DNA from: Mytilus trossulus
Lineage: Eukaryota
Direction: 5' to 3'
Assembly (NCBI RefSeq): GCF_036588685.1
Contig: NC_086383.1
Coordinates: 56,296,001-56,360,000 of the forward strand
DNA: 64,000 nt
In this document: positions 26,901 through 41,900 of the stretch, piece by piece
Layout of the letters: each line of letters starts with the position of its first letter
Position numbering within the stretch: the first letter of the stretch is position 1
Notes under the pieces: model-generated
The model's input: the letters and a program-made list of their open reading frames with translations, nothing else
Told to the model about the DNA's origin: nothing
Databases searched by the model: none
Position numbers and translations under genes: made by a program

Positions 26901-29900
26901 CATCTTGGTATTCATTATCACTGAACTAGTATATATTTGTTTAGGGGCCAGCAGAAGGACGCCTCCGTGTGCGGGAATTTCTCGCTACATTGAAGACCTG
27001 TTGGTGACCTTCTGCTGTTGTTTTTTTCTATGGTCAGGTTGTTGTCTCTCTGACACATTCTCCATTTCCATTCTCAATTTTATTAGCATGCTACGATGAA
27101 ACTATAGACAGTCATATAGATATGTCAAATATCAGCTAATCTACAGGTAGTGTATAACTTGTTTCTAATATGACTTACATCAAGAAAGACTAAAGGAATA
27201 CTACACTTGGAATCTATTTGTTTATCATTCTCTAATAACGTCTCCAGTGGGACTCCAAACAGACCATGATCTGAAAGTATGGCAAAAAACAATCCATTAT
27301 TTCACAACAGTAATTATAGTCTAACTTTTAACAAATGACTTTTATTTGATCTTTTATTTGTTTTTCAAAAGTCATGACTTTATATACAACTTTATCGGAC
27401 CACTGATGAATTATCACGTTGTGATTGGTTAAACGCCGTCACGTGGTGACCCCCTATGAGACCGTATGGGGTTAGTAAGTTTCATATGGGGTTCATGACG
27501 CGTTAATGGCGACGTCCTCTATTAATGTTGTTGTGTTTTATTGTTTCTTTTCAACAAAATACCGCAGAAAAAGCCCAGCGTCCGATAAATTCGTTATAAG
27601 GTTAACTACTGACCCCCTACAGATCCATAGAATGTGAATAAAATTCATAGGGGACTCAGCCTCCGGCCTCACCCCCTATGGATTTTACTAACCCTCTATG
27701 AATCCGTAGGGGGTCAGTAGCGAACCATATAACTTCTATAATGTACATTGTACATGTCTTTTGGTTATGTGTTGTAAGTTGCTTTCTCTAAATTTCATGC
27801 TATTTTCATATTTTCTGACTGGTGTGAGAAAAATATTTCTAATCTCTAGTGACAAATTTGTTCTCAGCAAATAAATGGTCGAAATTTTATTGTGACGTTA
27901 AATTTTCTTTGTTTCTTCTGAATTTTCCTATTGTGACGTCATGAAAAAAGGGGATCATGTCTGATGACGTCACATAAAAAGTACACAACTTTCTTCAAAT
28001 CTTTGAAAAAAAGGATAAAAATCATTAGAGAAACAGATTCCACAACTACAACTCGTGTATTATGATATTTCTCCACTCTCGACAGTTAAATTTTAACTAT
28101 TTAACAAGCTCGGCAAAGCCTCACACTTTAAAAATATTAAAATTCAACTGTATCGAGTGGAGAAATATTATATCACACTTGTTGCAGTTGTGGAATCTAT
28201 ATGTCTAGTTGACATATATACATAAACATATTTTTTTTATTTTCATATAATTTGAAGGGAGGCAAAGGATACCAAAGAGACTTTCAAACTCATAAGTTGA
28301 AAATAAACTGAGGAGGTAATATAAAAAAATCAATATTCATCTATTGATAAACATGCATTCATAGAGCTTGTGGATTAATCTTTATAGTAATTTGGATAAA
28401 AAGTTCTTTAACCCTTTCCTCCATAGTGACACCTTTTGACGCCACCTCCTTTACTCCATAATGACGCCTTTTGACGCCTGTGTAGTACCTCAGTTGAAAT
28501 GCTTTGACTACAAATTGTCTGCAGTAGACTTAAAAGAATTTGTATCCAGTATGAAAAGGAATATTGTAGGAATATCTGACTTTAATTTATTTAATGAAAT
28601 ATTTGTTTTTCCCAATGCATTACATGTAATACTTTAAAGCATATTTTTAGCATTTTATTGAAAAATCCTTATGCGAATCAAGTATGCCAAAAAAAAATCA
28701 ATGGAGGAAAGGGTTAAATAAGCTAATTTAGCAAAAGATCTGAGATATCTTCCATAAGATGTTGTTCAGTTTAATTTTTACCTTTCAATTTTTTCTTGGT
28801 TTTCCGCCGTGACCACAATATGTTGTTATTATCAAATAATGCAGTTAATTCTATTAATGTTAAAGACCTCAGGTGATCTAGATCAACTTGACTCAGATCT
28901 CTTATGTGTGTATTCCCCATTAGGTCTGGCTGAATATCAAAGTCCTGAAAAAGTTTGAAATTCAAATAGTAATCAAGTTTCTGATAAACCATAAAATCTA
29001 TAATCAAAATATTGGCAAATTTTCTATTAAGGCTATTCCAGAAAAAAATGTAGGCGGGGGGTAGGGGGTTGGAAGGCAGTTTTTGTCAGCACCCGCCACC
29101 CAGACAATTGTAATTGAGAATTATAGTGCATTATAGTGTGAAAAGTTGCTCTGATACCCATCACCCATGTATTATTAATACAATGTGCCTTCCAACCCCC
29201 CCCCCCCCCCCATCATTTTTTTCTGGAATAGCCCTTAGCCATAATAATAATAACAGGATGTAGTTTAATTGCAAAGTTTTATTTCAAGAAAAACATGTTG
29301 ATGATTATTATTCTGGTACATGACTGGTTACACAGAATTGTTAATAATTACAAATGTATTTTTCATATCAATTTTTTTATATATATATTTGTGTTTATGT
29401 TTTGATATGCGAGTACAATTTTTAAATAGTGTTTTTTTATTTCAAGCCATTGCTGCCTTGTTGCTCTATTTACAGGAACCAGAAGCACAAAACTTTAAAC
29501 TAAATACCCCAAGAATTAATCAGTAAAGTTTTGTTTAAATTACTCCAGTGGTTTCAGAGAAAACTTTTGACACAGTTTATGTATTCAACAACTGACACCA
29601 AGTGATAGGAATAGCTTTATGCCAGGTGAGCTAAAAAAAAAAAGTTTTTACAATAGAGGTATTTACACTTGTATGCTAACTTGTCTGTTATGTAAAATCA
29701 AACAAGTTTCGATAATTTGACATCAAAATTTTAAAAGTTTTAAGTCACAATTAAAAGTGATTGTTGCTTGAAGTCAGAAGGTATTACACTAAGCAGGTGT
29801 TGAAGTCATAAAACTTTGCTCAGTGCTCAGAGCACAAAAATCATGCTAGAAACATAAAATTAAACATTTTGATTGGTTGATTTTGGAGTATGAGTACAAA

Positions 29901-32900
29901 AAACTGACTCGAAAGTTTTATGACCGCAAGGCCTGGCCTTGAAGGCATAAAACTTTGCTCAGTGCTTGGAGCACAAAAAACATGCTCGAAACATGAAATC
30001 TAGCATTTTGATTGGTTGATTTTCGAGTCTGAGTACAAAACTCAAGCTCGAAAGTTTTATGACCGTGAGGCCTGATCTTATGTCAATAGGAGACAAAATT
30101 CAGCTAAATACCAAAAATGTAAATATTTTTATTACTTACTGGTAAATTATCCCTGAGTTCTTTTCTTTCCATTATTTGAACTGGTGCCTGAAATAAGAAT
30201 GAGAAAAAAAAAGAATATAAGTCTGTGTCATTTGATACAAAATGTGCAAATAAGTTTCAACAAAACCTGGTCATACCTGCTCCATCCATCACAAAACATC
30301 TTTGTAAGCAGAAATAATCAAAATAAAATATGAAATTGTGTAAAACCCAATTAAGGTGATATGAACCTGACAAAATAATAATTAAAGTAACATAAAAAGG
30401 GTATGTACTCAAAGGGACAATATCCATTGTCAGAAAAATGAAATAAAATTGGCATGTACATGACACCGTTTCCATGGCAACGACCTCTGAATATACCATA
30501 TTTGTGTATATTCGTAGAAGAAGGATATAAGGATAAAAATCAACAAAAAAGAGTAAATGCATTTGTTGGAAATTGATTTATTGGTAGTATTCACATGTCA
30601 ATGGCATCAGCATTCAGTAAATAACAAAAAAATATGAGATTACACAAACTTGTTCAAATAAGATATTCCAGAATTTCCAAATTTAATAAATTTTCACTGA
30701 TTTTATAACAACCATGGCCCATATATATGACATAAAATATAATTTGCAATAATTAATCTTCTTTTTTTTTGTTATCATCTTAAAGCCTTTACAGTAAGCT
30801 AAATTATTACAGAAAAAAAAGTATGGGTACATGATTTCGAAAAAAAGTTACAATAACAGGAAAAATATAACTTTACCATCTCAAATTATGATGAGCTTGT
30901 CCACCTAATAATGGTGCAGTAGACAGTACATAATAAAAGTATAAAATGATTTTACCTTTAAAATGTGGTTACTTTGCCCTAAAGAGAAATTTTGTAAACC
31001 TAAAATTTCAAATCAAGCCAAAAGATGGCAGGAAAATTTTGACTGGTTATATAGTGGAAATTTGGAGGGAAAATTTTCCCGTACTTTTCACTATTTTATC
31101 TTTTAAAATGTTTTAAGAAAGTTTATGTCCAAGTTATTGGGAATAAAATATTCTATTTTTTATCTTTGTCCAAAGAAATAATTTTAAATCTGAATATTCG
31201 AACATTCCCTTATGTGTGTATAATTCTGCTTTACTAGATGTATGATTTATTTTTGCTATTTTCTGAAGTCAGAAAAAAAGTATATGTTAGGTAAGAAAGA
31301 TCCAGCAGGACCTTTCTTGGTATTTGAATGGTATTTGCCCAAGATTTAGATACCCCCCCCTTTTTCACTATATAAATTAGGAATGAGACAGAGAATATCC
31401 CCCTTTTAAAGATATAACATTGGTTATCTTCCATTTACACTTTTGGTCTGCAATCATATTCTTTTATGTACAGCCTAAGTAGTGTACAGTAGAAGTGTAA
31501 AGTTTAATGAAACATCCAATTACCCTATGTCAAGCTAAAAATGAACATAAAAAGTACCCTTATTACCCATATGATAGGATAATTTTTTGCCTTTAAGGGG
31601 TCATTATTTTAGGACACAGCCCTTACTCAATTACAATTTCTTTTTTCATCTAAATGTTGATAAATCGTAACAAATCTAACATAAGTTTGGTTATCTTCCC
31701 TGTACACTTTTGGTCTGCAATCGTAATCTTTTATGTACAGCATAAGTAGGGTACAGTAGATTTGTAAAGTTTTAAAAAAAGTACCCTTATTACCCATATG
31801 ATAGGATATATTTTTCTGCCTTTAAGTGGTCATTATTTTACGACACCGCCCTTACTCAAGTTGCAATTTCTTTTTACATCTAAATTTTGATATATTGTAA
31901 AAAAAAAATCAACTACAAATAAAATCAAGCTTAGTAGTCTATTTTGTCAATAAAACTATATATACATGTGTATTATAGTTCATTCCTCCAAGTCATTCAG
32001 ATAGATTGATGTTGCCTGAATTATTTTTTTTGACTTTGTAACACGAGCTTTTGATGGATGTCCACATAATTCTGTAAATAGATTCTCTATTCCTTGTTGT
32101 CTGTCTCTTTTATGTGCCAGTTTAAGATGGTTTAGACCTAATCCACTGCTAGCAATTTTCGTAGCCATACAGTTCGTTATAGTTTTGCTATTTGTTAGAG
32201 GTCTCAGTGTTGTAAGCAAACCTTTTGTACAGTTTCTGTGTTGATACAACTGCATTACAGATTCATTAGTGCCAGAGAATTTGGATTTCAATACAAGACT
32301 AGGTGATATTTTCTCAAATAAGCGACGTAGAGCCACAACATCTTCCATGGAATCATGAGCACTATACAGTTCACCAAATAAAGCGTTATAAATTTTTGGC
32401 TGTGAATATGATGGTTGATTTGGTATACACTCTTTGAAAAGAGGAAGTGTGTCAATAAATCCTTTCACTGATGACATAAAGTTATTAAGTAGACCATTTT
32501 TTTCAAGTGCATTAATTAATATTGGAACATCAAAAATTTTGGAGTTATGCCCAACAAGTACAGTGTTGTGAATTTCTTTCAGAAAGAGAATAAAAGCTTT
32601 TAAGGCATTAGAAATTCCAATACTCTGAACTTCTCTATCCTCATGGTACATTTTCCCATTCTGAAACTTCAAACCAGTCACTTCTGAGGCTTGTGGTAAT
32701 ATAGGTCTAGCTGGTTTTATGTATCTATTGAATTTTGTGTTTTGGCTGTTGACAGCAGACAACTGTATTATGTGAGAATCTCTGCCTGAAATAAAAATTA
32801 ATATAATCTAGAGGTTCAAAGTTACCTGTTAGACAAATTACATTTAGTATTAGTTACCACCTTGTTCAAAATATTGTCAGAAGCATCAAATGTCAGTAAC

Positions 32901-35900
32901 AGCAACCCAAGTTAGATTGGAAGCTGACCTTCTATCCCTGATGCATCTTTATGCAAGGTTGCTTGATCCTACCAAATATAGTCTAAATGCTGATATATGA
33001 ACTTGAACATTGAATAAAGCAAAATGTGATGAAGTGTTAAATGTATGTCACAGTGATCTATGTTGATCAGTTGCCCAGCTCTGTTCTTACAGGCTCCTTC
33101 CACATTTTTTACAAGAACTTCTGTTTTGAAAAGTTGGGATGACATTAACTGTATTAGAAGATTCCTTAAATTTCTATAATTCAAACAATTGTTATCAAAT
33201 TAAAAGAACAATGCTTTTTTGGTCCTTTATAGCTTGTTGTCAGGTACGACCAAATGCTCCATGTTGCAGACTTAGATGTAGAGGTGTCACATTGGCATTC
33301 AAACCACATCTACTCATATATAGATATATAATAACATTACATGTATGTTTCATTGTAACACATTATTCTGATTGGTTAACAATAATGGGCTTTGCTCATT
33401 GTTGAAGGCCGTACGGTGACCTATAGTTGTTAATGTTTGTGTCATTTTGGTCTTTTGTGGATAGTTGTCTCATTGGCAATCATACCACATCTTCTTTTTT
33501 ATACTTAAGACAATTCTTTTACACCCCAGCAAATCTACAAAAAGAGGTATTGAATTCTTAAATACTTAAAGCCTTTCATCATAATGAGTAATCCTTACCA
33601 AGTCCTGTTGTTTCAACATCAAAGTATGTCATGCAACTGTCATTCAAGGTCTTTGGTTCCAAAGGAAGATATTCTGGAGTAATAACTGGTGCAGGAATAG
33701 ACTGAATATCATCCGATATTGCTGCATCAAGAGAACATCCTGTTTGATAGGAGACACCTTCTCTGACTTCTGCAGATGCAAGCTTTTGGTGCCTAAATGA
33801 AATAAGATTTATTTCAATTATCAAGAAAAATAGTTACCAAATCTTTTTTTTTACCATTTGGGTCTTTATGCTTTAAATATTCAATATTATTTGTCTTGAA
33901 AACTACCATTTAAGTTATAAAAATATGAAATCTAATTTCAATAAAAGCTTTTTACTGATTTAATTGAAACGAAACAGCAAATATATATGGTGTTTCAGTA
34001 TTAATCTATGAGTTACAAGAGGCTTTTGGAAGTTAATTGCTAGAAGTTGTACTTTTCAAGGGTTATTCCTCTTTGAAAAATAAGGTTATTCAATAGATGT
34101 GGTTTTGTAAGGTTATCCCACAATGAAAAATATGTTTTTTCAATGGACATTATATTTTTTTTTATACACAGGTAAATAAATGGGATATATTTTGAAATAA
34201 AATATGCATTAATTACATCTTAGCTTTCTTTTCCAGTCGTTTTCTTTTAAATGCTCTTGTAGTTGCCAATGCCCTCTGCTTTGATCGCTGATAATCTCTT
34301 AATCTGGCAAGGCGCTGAGTATGGTAACCTGGTGAAAGCCCCAACTTCTTATTAACCTGAAAAATGAAAAATAACAAATAAGACTTCATATTTATATTAA
34401 CTATTTTTTCTTACAAAAAAACAAAATAATAAGTGCTATTAAGTAAACAGATCTACACTACAAGAGTAATTATTCTTTTGAATGCTGACCTACAAAAACA
34501 AGACAGAGGTGTTATGTCAACATTATGTGAAGTTTTCAGATAAGTTCTTATCTTTACAATTTATGCTGCTTCTACATACAAAGATATTTGCCTTGGATGT
34601 TTATTTGAATTTGATGAGCCACAGTCAAAGTCCCATAACTCTTAAAAAGTTGTTGTAATAAAAAAGGTTGGGAAATATGCAAATCTGCTATGTCTTCAGA
34701 CAAATGGGTGGCCACAAGGACACCACAAACACTATATACTGCCCCCTTTTCAAGTAGGGGCTCTAACAAATATACTGTGGATTCATTTATTTTCGTGGAT
34801 ATCAATTTATGTGGTTTGCTGAAAACTTGCAAATTTGTGGGTATTTGATTTCATAGTTTTTCCAATCTCTGTATACATAGCCTATTACAAATATGTTATT
34901 CATGAAAAATTTAAATGGTTCACATGTACCCTCGAAACCCACGAAAATTAGTATCCCACAAATAATAATGAATTCAATGTAGTAAAACTTACATTAACTA
35001 GGTATCTGTGACCTGTGTTCTTCTGGGCAACACTTGCTGCAACTCTGTAATTCAAATTTCCAGAAGAACTGTAATGAACATGCTTTGGTGCTTTAGCAGA
35101 AACCATTCTGTTGAAACTCTCATTAGCTTGAGTACTACCGACAGTTGACAATTTAAGGCTGTTCTTAGCATATCCTTCAAAAACACTTTCCAGAGACTTT
35201 TGTAGACCTGAACCCGACAGAGGTTTTCCTTGAGGAAATGATTTAAAAACAGACTTTGGATTGCTGAGAAATTTACACCATCGACTTGAGCAGCATTGAT
35301 GATCGCCAAAAGGATGTTTCGAAAGTGCATTGAGATCTTTTGCTATTTGTTCTGGATTACCTTCACCTTGGGCTATTATATAGTTAAAGCAACTTTGTAA
35401 ATATTTGATTATTCTAACTGTTAAAACAGGATGATTTTTCTTGAGAGAGTAAAGACTGTTTCCAAGAATCTTCTTTAAGTGATTTCTATCAGATATCTTT
35501 TCAATGCTATTACTGATGTTTGCCCGTACTCGTCCTATTGTTGTTGAATCCTCATCTCCAACTAATGCAGCTACTGTACAGCCTTTACTCTGTACATCTT
35601 TCACCATTTCTATCACCATATCAGCCTCCATCCCCTTTGAACTACCTTCCCAGTTACGGTAGCATGCATGCTCTCTTGGACTTTCATTTCTGGATTCTGC
35701 TCTACTGCAAACTCTGCACTCTTTTGATCTTACGGAGTAGTTTATAATTTTTCCCGTCTCTGGACCAATCATGGAACAATGACCTAGTAATTAAAAACAA
35801 GTTCTTAAATCAAACTGTTTATGATATGTATTTATTATGGCAAGCCGTTTTACTATTTATTCTAACTTCAAGATATCTTATGTAATCTGGTTTTTATAAG

Positions 35901-38900
35901 ATATCTGAGATATTTTCTTTACTACATATCAAAACATAAGATATTTAATAAATAATTTTAATCTTATAAATAATATTTATATACATAAGTCAAGGTCAGA
36001 TGGCACCTGACAGTTGGACATGTTCACCTTAACTTTTTTCTCAATTGGACACTGAACCATGAAAATATGGTCAAAGACAATAGACATGTGACAGAAGGAA
36101 ATTTCTTAACATAAGGCAGCTTAATACAAAGTATGAACATACAGGTCTTCAATCTTTTAAAATATAAAGCTTTTAAGAAGAAAGTTAACACCACCGAAAA
36201 TGCCAGATCACTATCCCTATCTTCAGCTTTCTGCAACAAAAGTCTCAAGCTTGACAAAAATAAGGAAATGAGTAATGATCAGCAATAGCCAATACGACAA
36301 CTATTCATCGTTTCCAAATGGCATATTTGTAAATGTAGTTAATGTTTGTTTAATTGATATTTGACCTTATAACAGTCCATTGACTCAACCTGACTAGAAA
36401 GATATAAATATTTGACATGAAAGACCATCATGTTTTTTTTGTTTCTTGGTGTTATCTGTAATATGATGTTATGTCAATGTATATTTTCATTCTTATAACT
36501 GATGGTGTTTAGTTATACCTGATTTGCTGTCATATGCTCTACCACTTCCTCTTTTCTGCCATCCTGCATCTACAGCAACCACAAGTGAACCCTTCTTTCT
36601 GTAATTTATAAAAGTACTAGTAAATAAACTAAACATAATACAAAATGTAACTGGAGATGTCAAAGATTGTATAAATCAAAAGAATAGTCAATCGTAGTCA
36701 GAAATATATTGTCTTTGTGTCCAAACCTATATTAACCATAAGCATTATTGATCAAATCATTTAGTCAAATGTTAGAAATCTAAATAACTTTAAGTCACAA
36801 TCCAAATTCTTATAATGAAAACTGAAGGTCTCAGTTACTGAATAATAAAAATAATGTGTTTCTTATTTTTTTTACAGTGCATGAAAAATTTAAATTCAAT
36901 CAATGCTAACTATATTGTACTGTTATACCACTGCCCCACTGCCCAAGGTTAGGGGGGATTATGATCCAACTAACATGATCACCCCCACACACACACACAC
37001 ACACACACTATATTATGTATGTATGTGCCTTTCCCAGGTCAGGAGCCGGTAATTCAGTGGTTGTCATTTGTTTATGTGTTACATATTTGTTTTTTGTAGA
37101 TTTTTTTTAATGTAAAATAAGGCTTTTAGTTTTCTTGTTTGACTGTTTTACATGGTAATTTCAGGCCTTTTTTTTTTAGCTGACTATGAGGTATGGGCTT
37201 TGCTCATTGTCGAAGGCTTCACAGTGACCTGTAGTTGTTAATCTCTGTGTTTAATTTGGTCTCTTGTGGAGAGTTGTCTCATTTGCAACCACATCTTCTT
37301 TTTTATCATTATAATTTAAATTATAAGTATCCCATTGTTGAATTTGAGTTTAGTTTAATGTTTTCATTTTTATTATTTTTAGGTACATACTGTTCTACAG
37401 CTGCCAATTCTTTCTCCAGTGCTTCATTTGTTGATTCCTTGGCTACCTCTTCAACAACATTCCCTACTTCTTTCAGTCTTGCACTAACCAGTTTATAACT
37501 AAATGCTGGAATATTTAGCTCTGATAGGAAACTATTAGCTTGTCTTTCTCCAAGTCCAGAGTGAACAAGGGCTGTAATAAAAAAATCAAAGATACAATGA
37601 TCTAAATAATGATGCAGTAAAATTTTGATGAATATTTGCATACTTTTTGATCTCGCAATGCTGATGATTTTTTTAAATCATATTTTATAGTTTTAAAATT
37701 ATACCAACAAAAAAAGTTGATGTCCCACCATTTTATAATTTTTTTCAAGATATTGCTGATATTAATCTAAGAGTATAAGTTATACAAAAGTCTGGCATGA
37801 ACTGTGCTCCCATAGAGTGCTAACAAGGCCATTTTCCATAAATCTAATATTTTCAAGGGGCATAACTTTTTGACAAAAAGTCAATCATCCAGCATTTCAA
37901 AACTAGCTCTATAGTACAAATTTTATAAAAATCTTGCAAGAACTCTATCTGTGAAAATGCTAGCAAGTTTATATGACCTAATAAATATAATGGCTCAGAT
38001 ATAGTAATGTATGACATAAACTTTAAACAACTAAGTGAACCCTGAAAATGTAGGTGATAGTAAAAAAAATTTGCCTGGATGCTGATTGACTATATTTACA
38101 TGACTGGATAATATTGTGCATACATGTCCATGTACCTGTTGCAAGTTTACTGTTGACATCCCATACTCTGTCATGACGCTTTCCAGTAGGAACACTGTTT
38201 ACATGCATACAAATGGTATTAAAACACTGTACCTGAAGAAAAAAAAATAGTTGATTTTATAAAGAGACAAATGGTCAAATGTCAGTATTTGTATGACAAA
38301 AATCTCATCAAAATTAGATGTCATTACTCTCTCTCCATCTTTTCAATGTTACTTTTCAATGACAAAAATGCAGACATAGAAAAAATGGTCAGTAAGTCAT
38401 GTCATACCGTTATATATAGTAACATCCTCGGTTTGTTATTAAAACACTTGAAGCATGTCATATTAAAATCCTTCTTTTTTTTTTTATTATAATGCTTCTT
38501 TAGGTATGAACATGCATATCAAATTGTCTTTTCCCATTTCACATTGGAATTTTATTTACACTATACCTAAAGATTTTTGTTAAAACACATATATGTATTC
38601 CAATGATGACGATTAATCATTAAAATTCAGGGCTGTTCTTGAATCAAAGATTCAAATTATTTTTGATGGATAGAAAGACAAGCTGAATTCATTCGAAATG
38701 TTCAGACATTTTAGATTTTTTGTTTAAATCTGAATTACTTACTTTCAGTAGACATCCAAGACCATATGTCTGTATGTCAATAGTATGTCCAAGCTGTAGG
38801 GGCAAACCACATTTAAGACATGCTCTTAGACCAGTGGCAAGGACATCTAGCTCAACAATTCTTCTCCCTTCTCTCCAGTCTTCAGATGACCTAGTCTGTT

Positions 38901-41900
38901 TTCCTTCACAAGAAACCTCTTCCTCCCTTGTTGCATTTGAGATGTTTGGAACTGCAATTATAAAAAACAATAATAAATGCAGGTGCAATGTACATGTATA
39001 CATTTTATATTCATTCATATACATGTATATATAAAGTTTATATACTCTGAGTGATGATACTCCACTAGGATGCATTGCCGTCATTTTTGGAATAATTGTG
39101 CATTTATTAACCATCACAGTCACATCATTATTGGTGTCATTAATCGTAAACATAAATGAATAATAAAAGATACAATGACGGAGAGACCCATATAAGTTCA
39201 GGAGTTATTATAATAGACTAAAACCTATGAAGGTTTAGTTTTGGGGCATGTCAACATTTCACATGCAACTGTTGTCTTAAATTAAAGTCATATGAAATTT
39301 AAAAATAAAACATACAATGTTTCATACAAAAGTACATGTACATATTTGAAAGGCTTTTCTGTAAATTTATTAAAATATATGCCCTCCCTCTTTCAATTTG
39401 TTTTTGTCAGGTTTTCTTTGTGCACTGTGGCAATAAACATAGAATAAAGAAAATTATTTTAAGTCTGGTTACATGATATATATTACAAATATAAGCTTCG
39501 TTTTGTTGTCAAACCCCCAAAAGGAGACTAGTATATATATACATACATTACATATAAACTGTTCAAAAAGTTACAAAATTTCATTGAATTCAAATCAAGA
39601 AAGTCAAACCTATAATAAAGACCCACCCATATAAAGCCTTGTTATTGGAAGTAGCTTAGTTTTAATAATCAGAAATTTTTGTTTTTGTTTTTATCATATT
39701 TATTAGAATCGGATGATGCACTTTCAATTGTATAAAATTTTAGGTGTGATACATGTTATGTATTTACAGATTTTAATAGAATATATTTATTATTATGATT
39801 ATTACTAGCTATTTTTATCAATCATGCTCCCCACCCCTAGAAAAATAATTTTAGGCAACATTTCTATTTAAATTCAAAGGGATTTATTTCCTAAACACAT
39901 ATTTTGGTCAGGCAGATGACAAATACAAATATTTTGAATCCAGATTTTCCCCAACAACCTGTGTAAGTATTAAATTTTGATAAAATGATTTGATTGGTAG
40001 AATTAAACACCCCCCCCCCCCCCCCCCCCCCCTGAAGTGAAATTATATATTCCGGTAAGTGATGAATAAGTACAATATATCCCGTCTTAAAATGCTGGAG
40101 ACACGCATAAACGTTGAATAAATGTTCTTATGTAAATTTTAACATTTGTACAGGAGCAACAATTTTTTTTTGGATAGGGAAAGGAGGCATGGATTATCTA
40201 GATCTAGAATAAAGAAGGAGTTCAAATTTGTGCAAGTCATTCGTTCTGCATACTCAGTCAATTCTATGATTTTATTTCCCTGTGTCCTATACATGTACAT
40301 CGAATCCAGATCTGTTCACCCAAAATTATGTTTACGTCCAATTATGTTTGTCCCTTTCACACCTTACATGTTCGCACCCAAAGTCCTTTTGCACACTTTT
40401 TATTGGTTTTGTGATTTATAATAATTTAGTAATTGAGTTTTGGTATAAAGTATATTGGTATAAATACAGTGTTCTCCCCAGAAATTTTGGATAGCATCAC
40501 ATTTTGCGTAAAAAAAAAATACAACAGTTTGTTTTTTTTAATGTCGTTTGTCGCGTCGCGTTGATGCTCTATTTCCTTTATATGTTTTAGTTTATATTGT
40601 TCAATTCATAACTGAGAATACAATTAAACTATAACCACAAAAACAGTTGTTTCAGTTTATGTTTTCTTTATTCATTTATAGTTACAGAATTTTTTTTCCC
40701 TCTTGTGCCAAATAAAAATAAATATGTGGTTTCAGAATTACCCAACAATAAGTCAAATGAATGAATGGTTCATTATAGATCAACCTGTATATATACAAAA
40801 CTAAATATATAGTACACAAAATTAACTATTTTTTATATTATATCAAGGAAAGATAAAGTAACAAAAAAAAAATCAATTTAATTTTTTTTTTATCATGTTT
40901 ATGCAATTCATTGTTTCATGGCACTCAATGAATTAGTCCCAGTTGTTTCTTATTTTTACATCAAAATGATATGTATTTTTAACAAAGTTATCTAACAAAT
41001 AGTCTGTTAATGCGTAGTTTTCTCTCTTGGTATATTCTGTCTACTGTCCATCTGTTGTCATTATCGTGAAAATGCGTTTTTTTGTCATATCTGTTCCGGT
41101 TCCGATCCGTAGTGTACACAAAAATGTGCAATGACGGCCGTAGAAAAAAATTTACGAAAATGAGTCCGAGAATAAACATTGTTTGACAAGAGATTGTGAA
41201 TGAATAAGACGCTTTTAATGCATTAAATGGATTAAACATAAAATTAAGCCAATTATGATAACTTTTTAAAGAAGTATTAAACTTATTTTAGCTCTAAACC
41301 AAAATTCTTGCTCTCATATTACCGGAAGAGAAGAAAGTAGTTTTTGGAGAGTTGCACAAATAAACAACCTTTTTTTAAAAGAAAAAAAATCGTTTCAATC
41401 TTTGAAATTTCGTAATACAAAACGTAGATTTCGAATTGTTTTGTTATTGCATTTTTCCATGTCGAAATTGGCGATTGCAGGACAACGTGGTTTTAGTCAT
41501 GCCACAAGTGTCAGCTTGGATATTCGCATCCAAACAGTTATCACCCTGAGGGCAATTAACACCTAGCTATTTAATCTCTTAATTGCCTTTAGTGTCCGAT
41601 TTAAAGGGATTACAATTAAAGGTGATCATAATTTTTATGATCATAATCGATAATACATGAAAGTTCAAAAGTGAGGACAAGTAAAATAGCATCTTCAAAA
41701 TAATTATAGCGTCGCGGGAAATTATTATAGCATCACTGGTGAAAAAATATAGCGTCGCGGGGTACCGCGAACGCTATAAAACAGCTCTGGGGAGAACACT
41801 GTATAAATAATTTTTGTTCATTTCTTCAAAATAAAGTGTTATTATGACATGTTTTTTTTTGTATTGCGATCTTTTATGTTTTTCATTTAAATTCTTCAAT

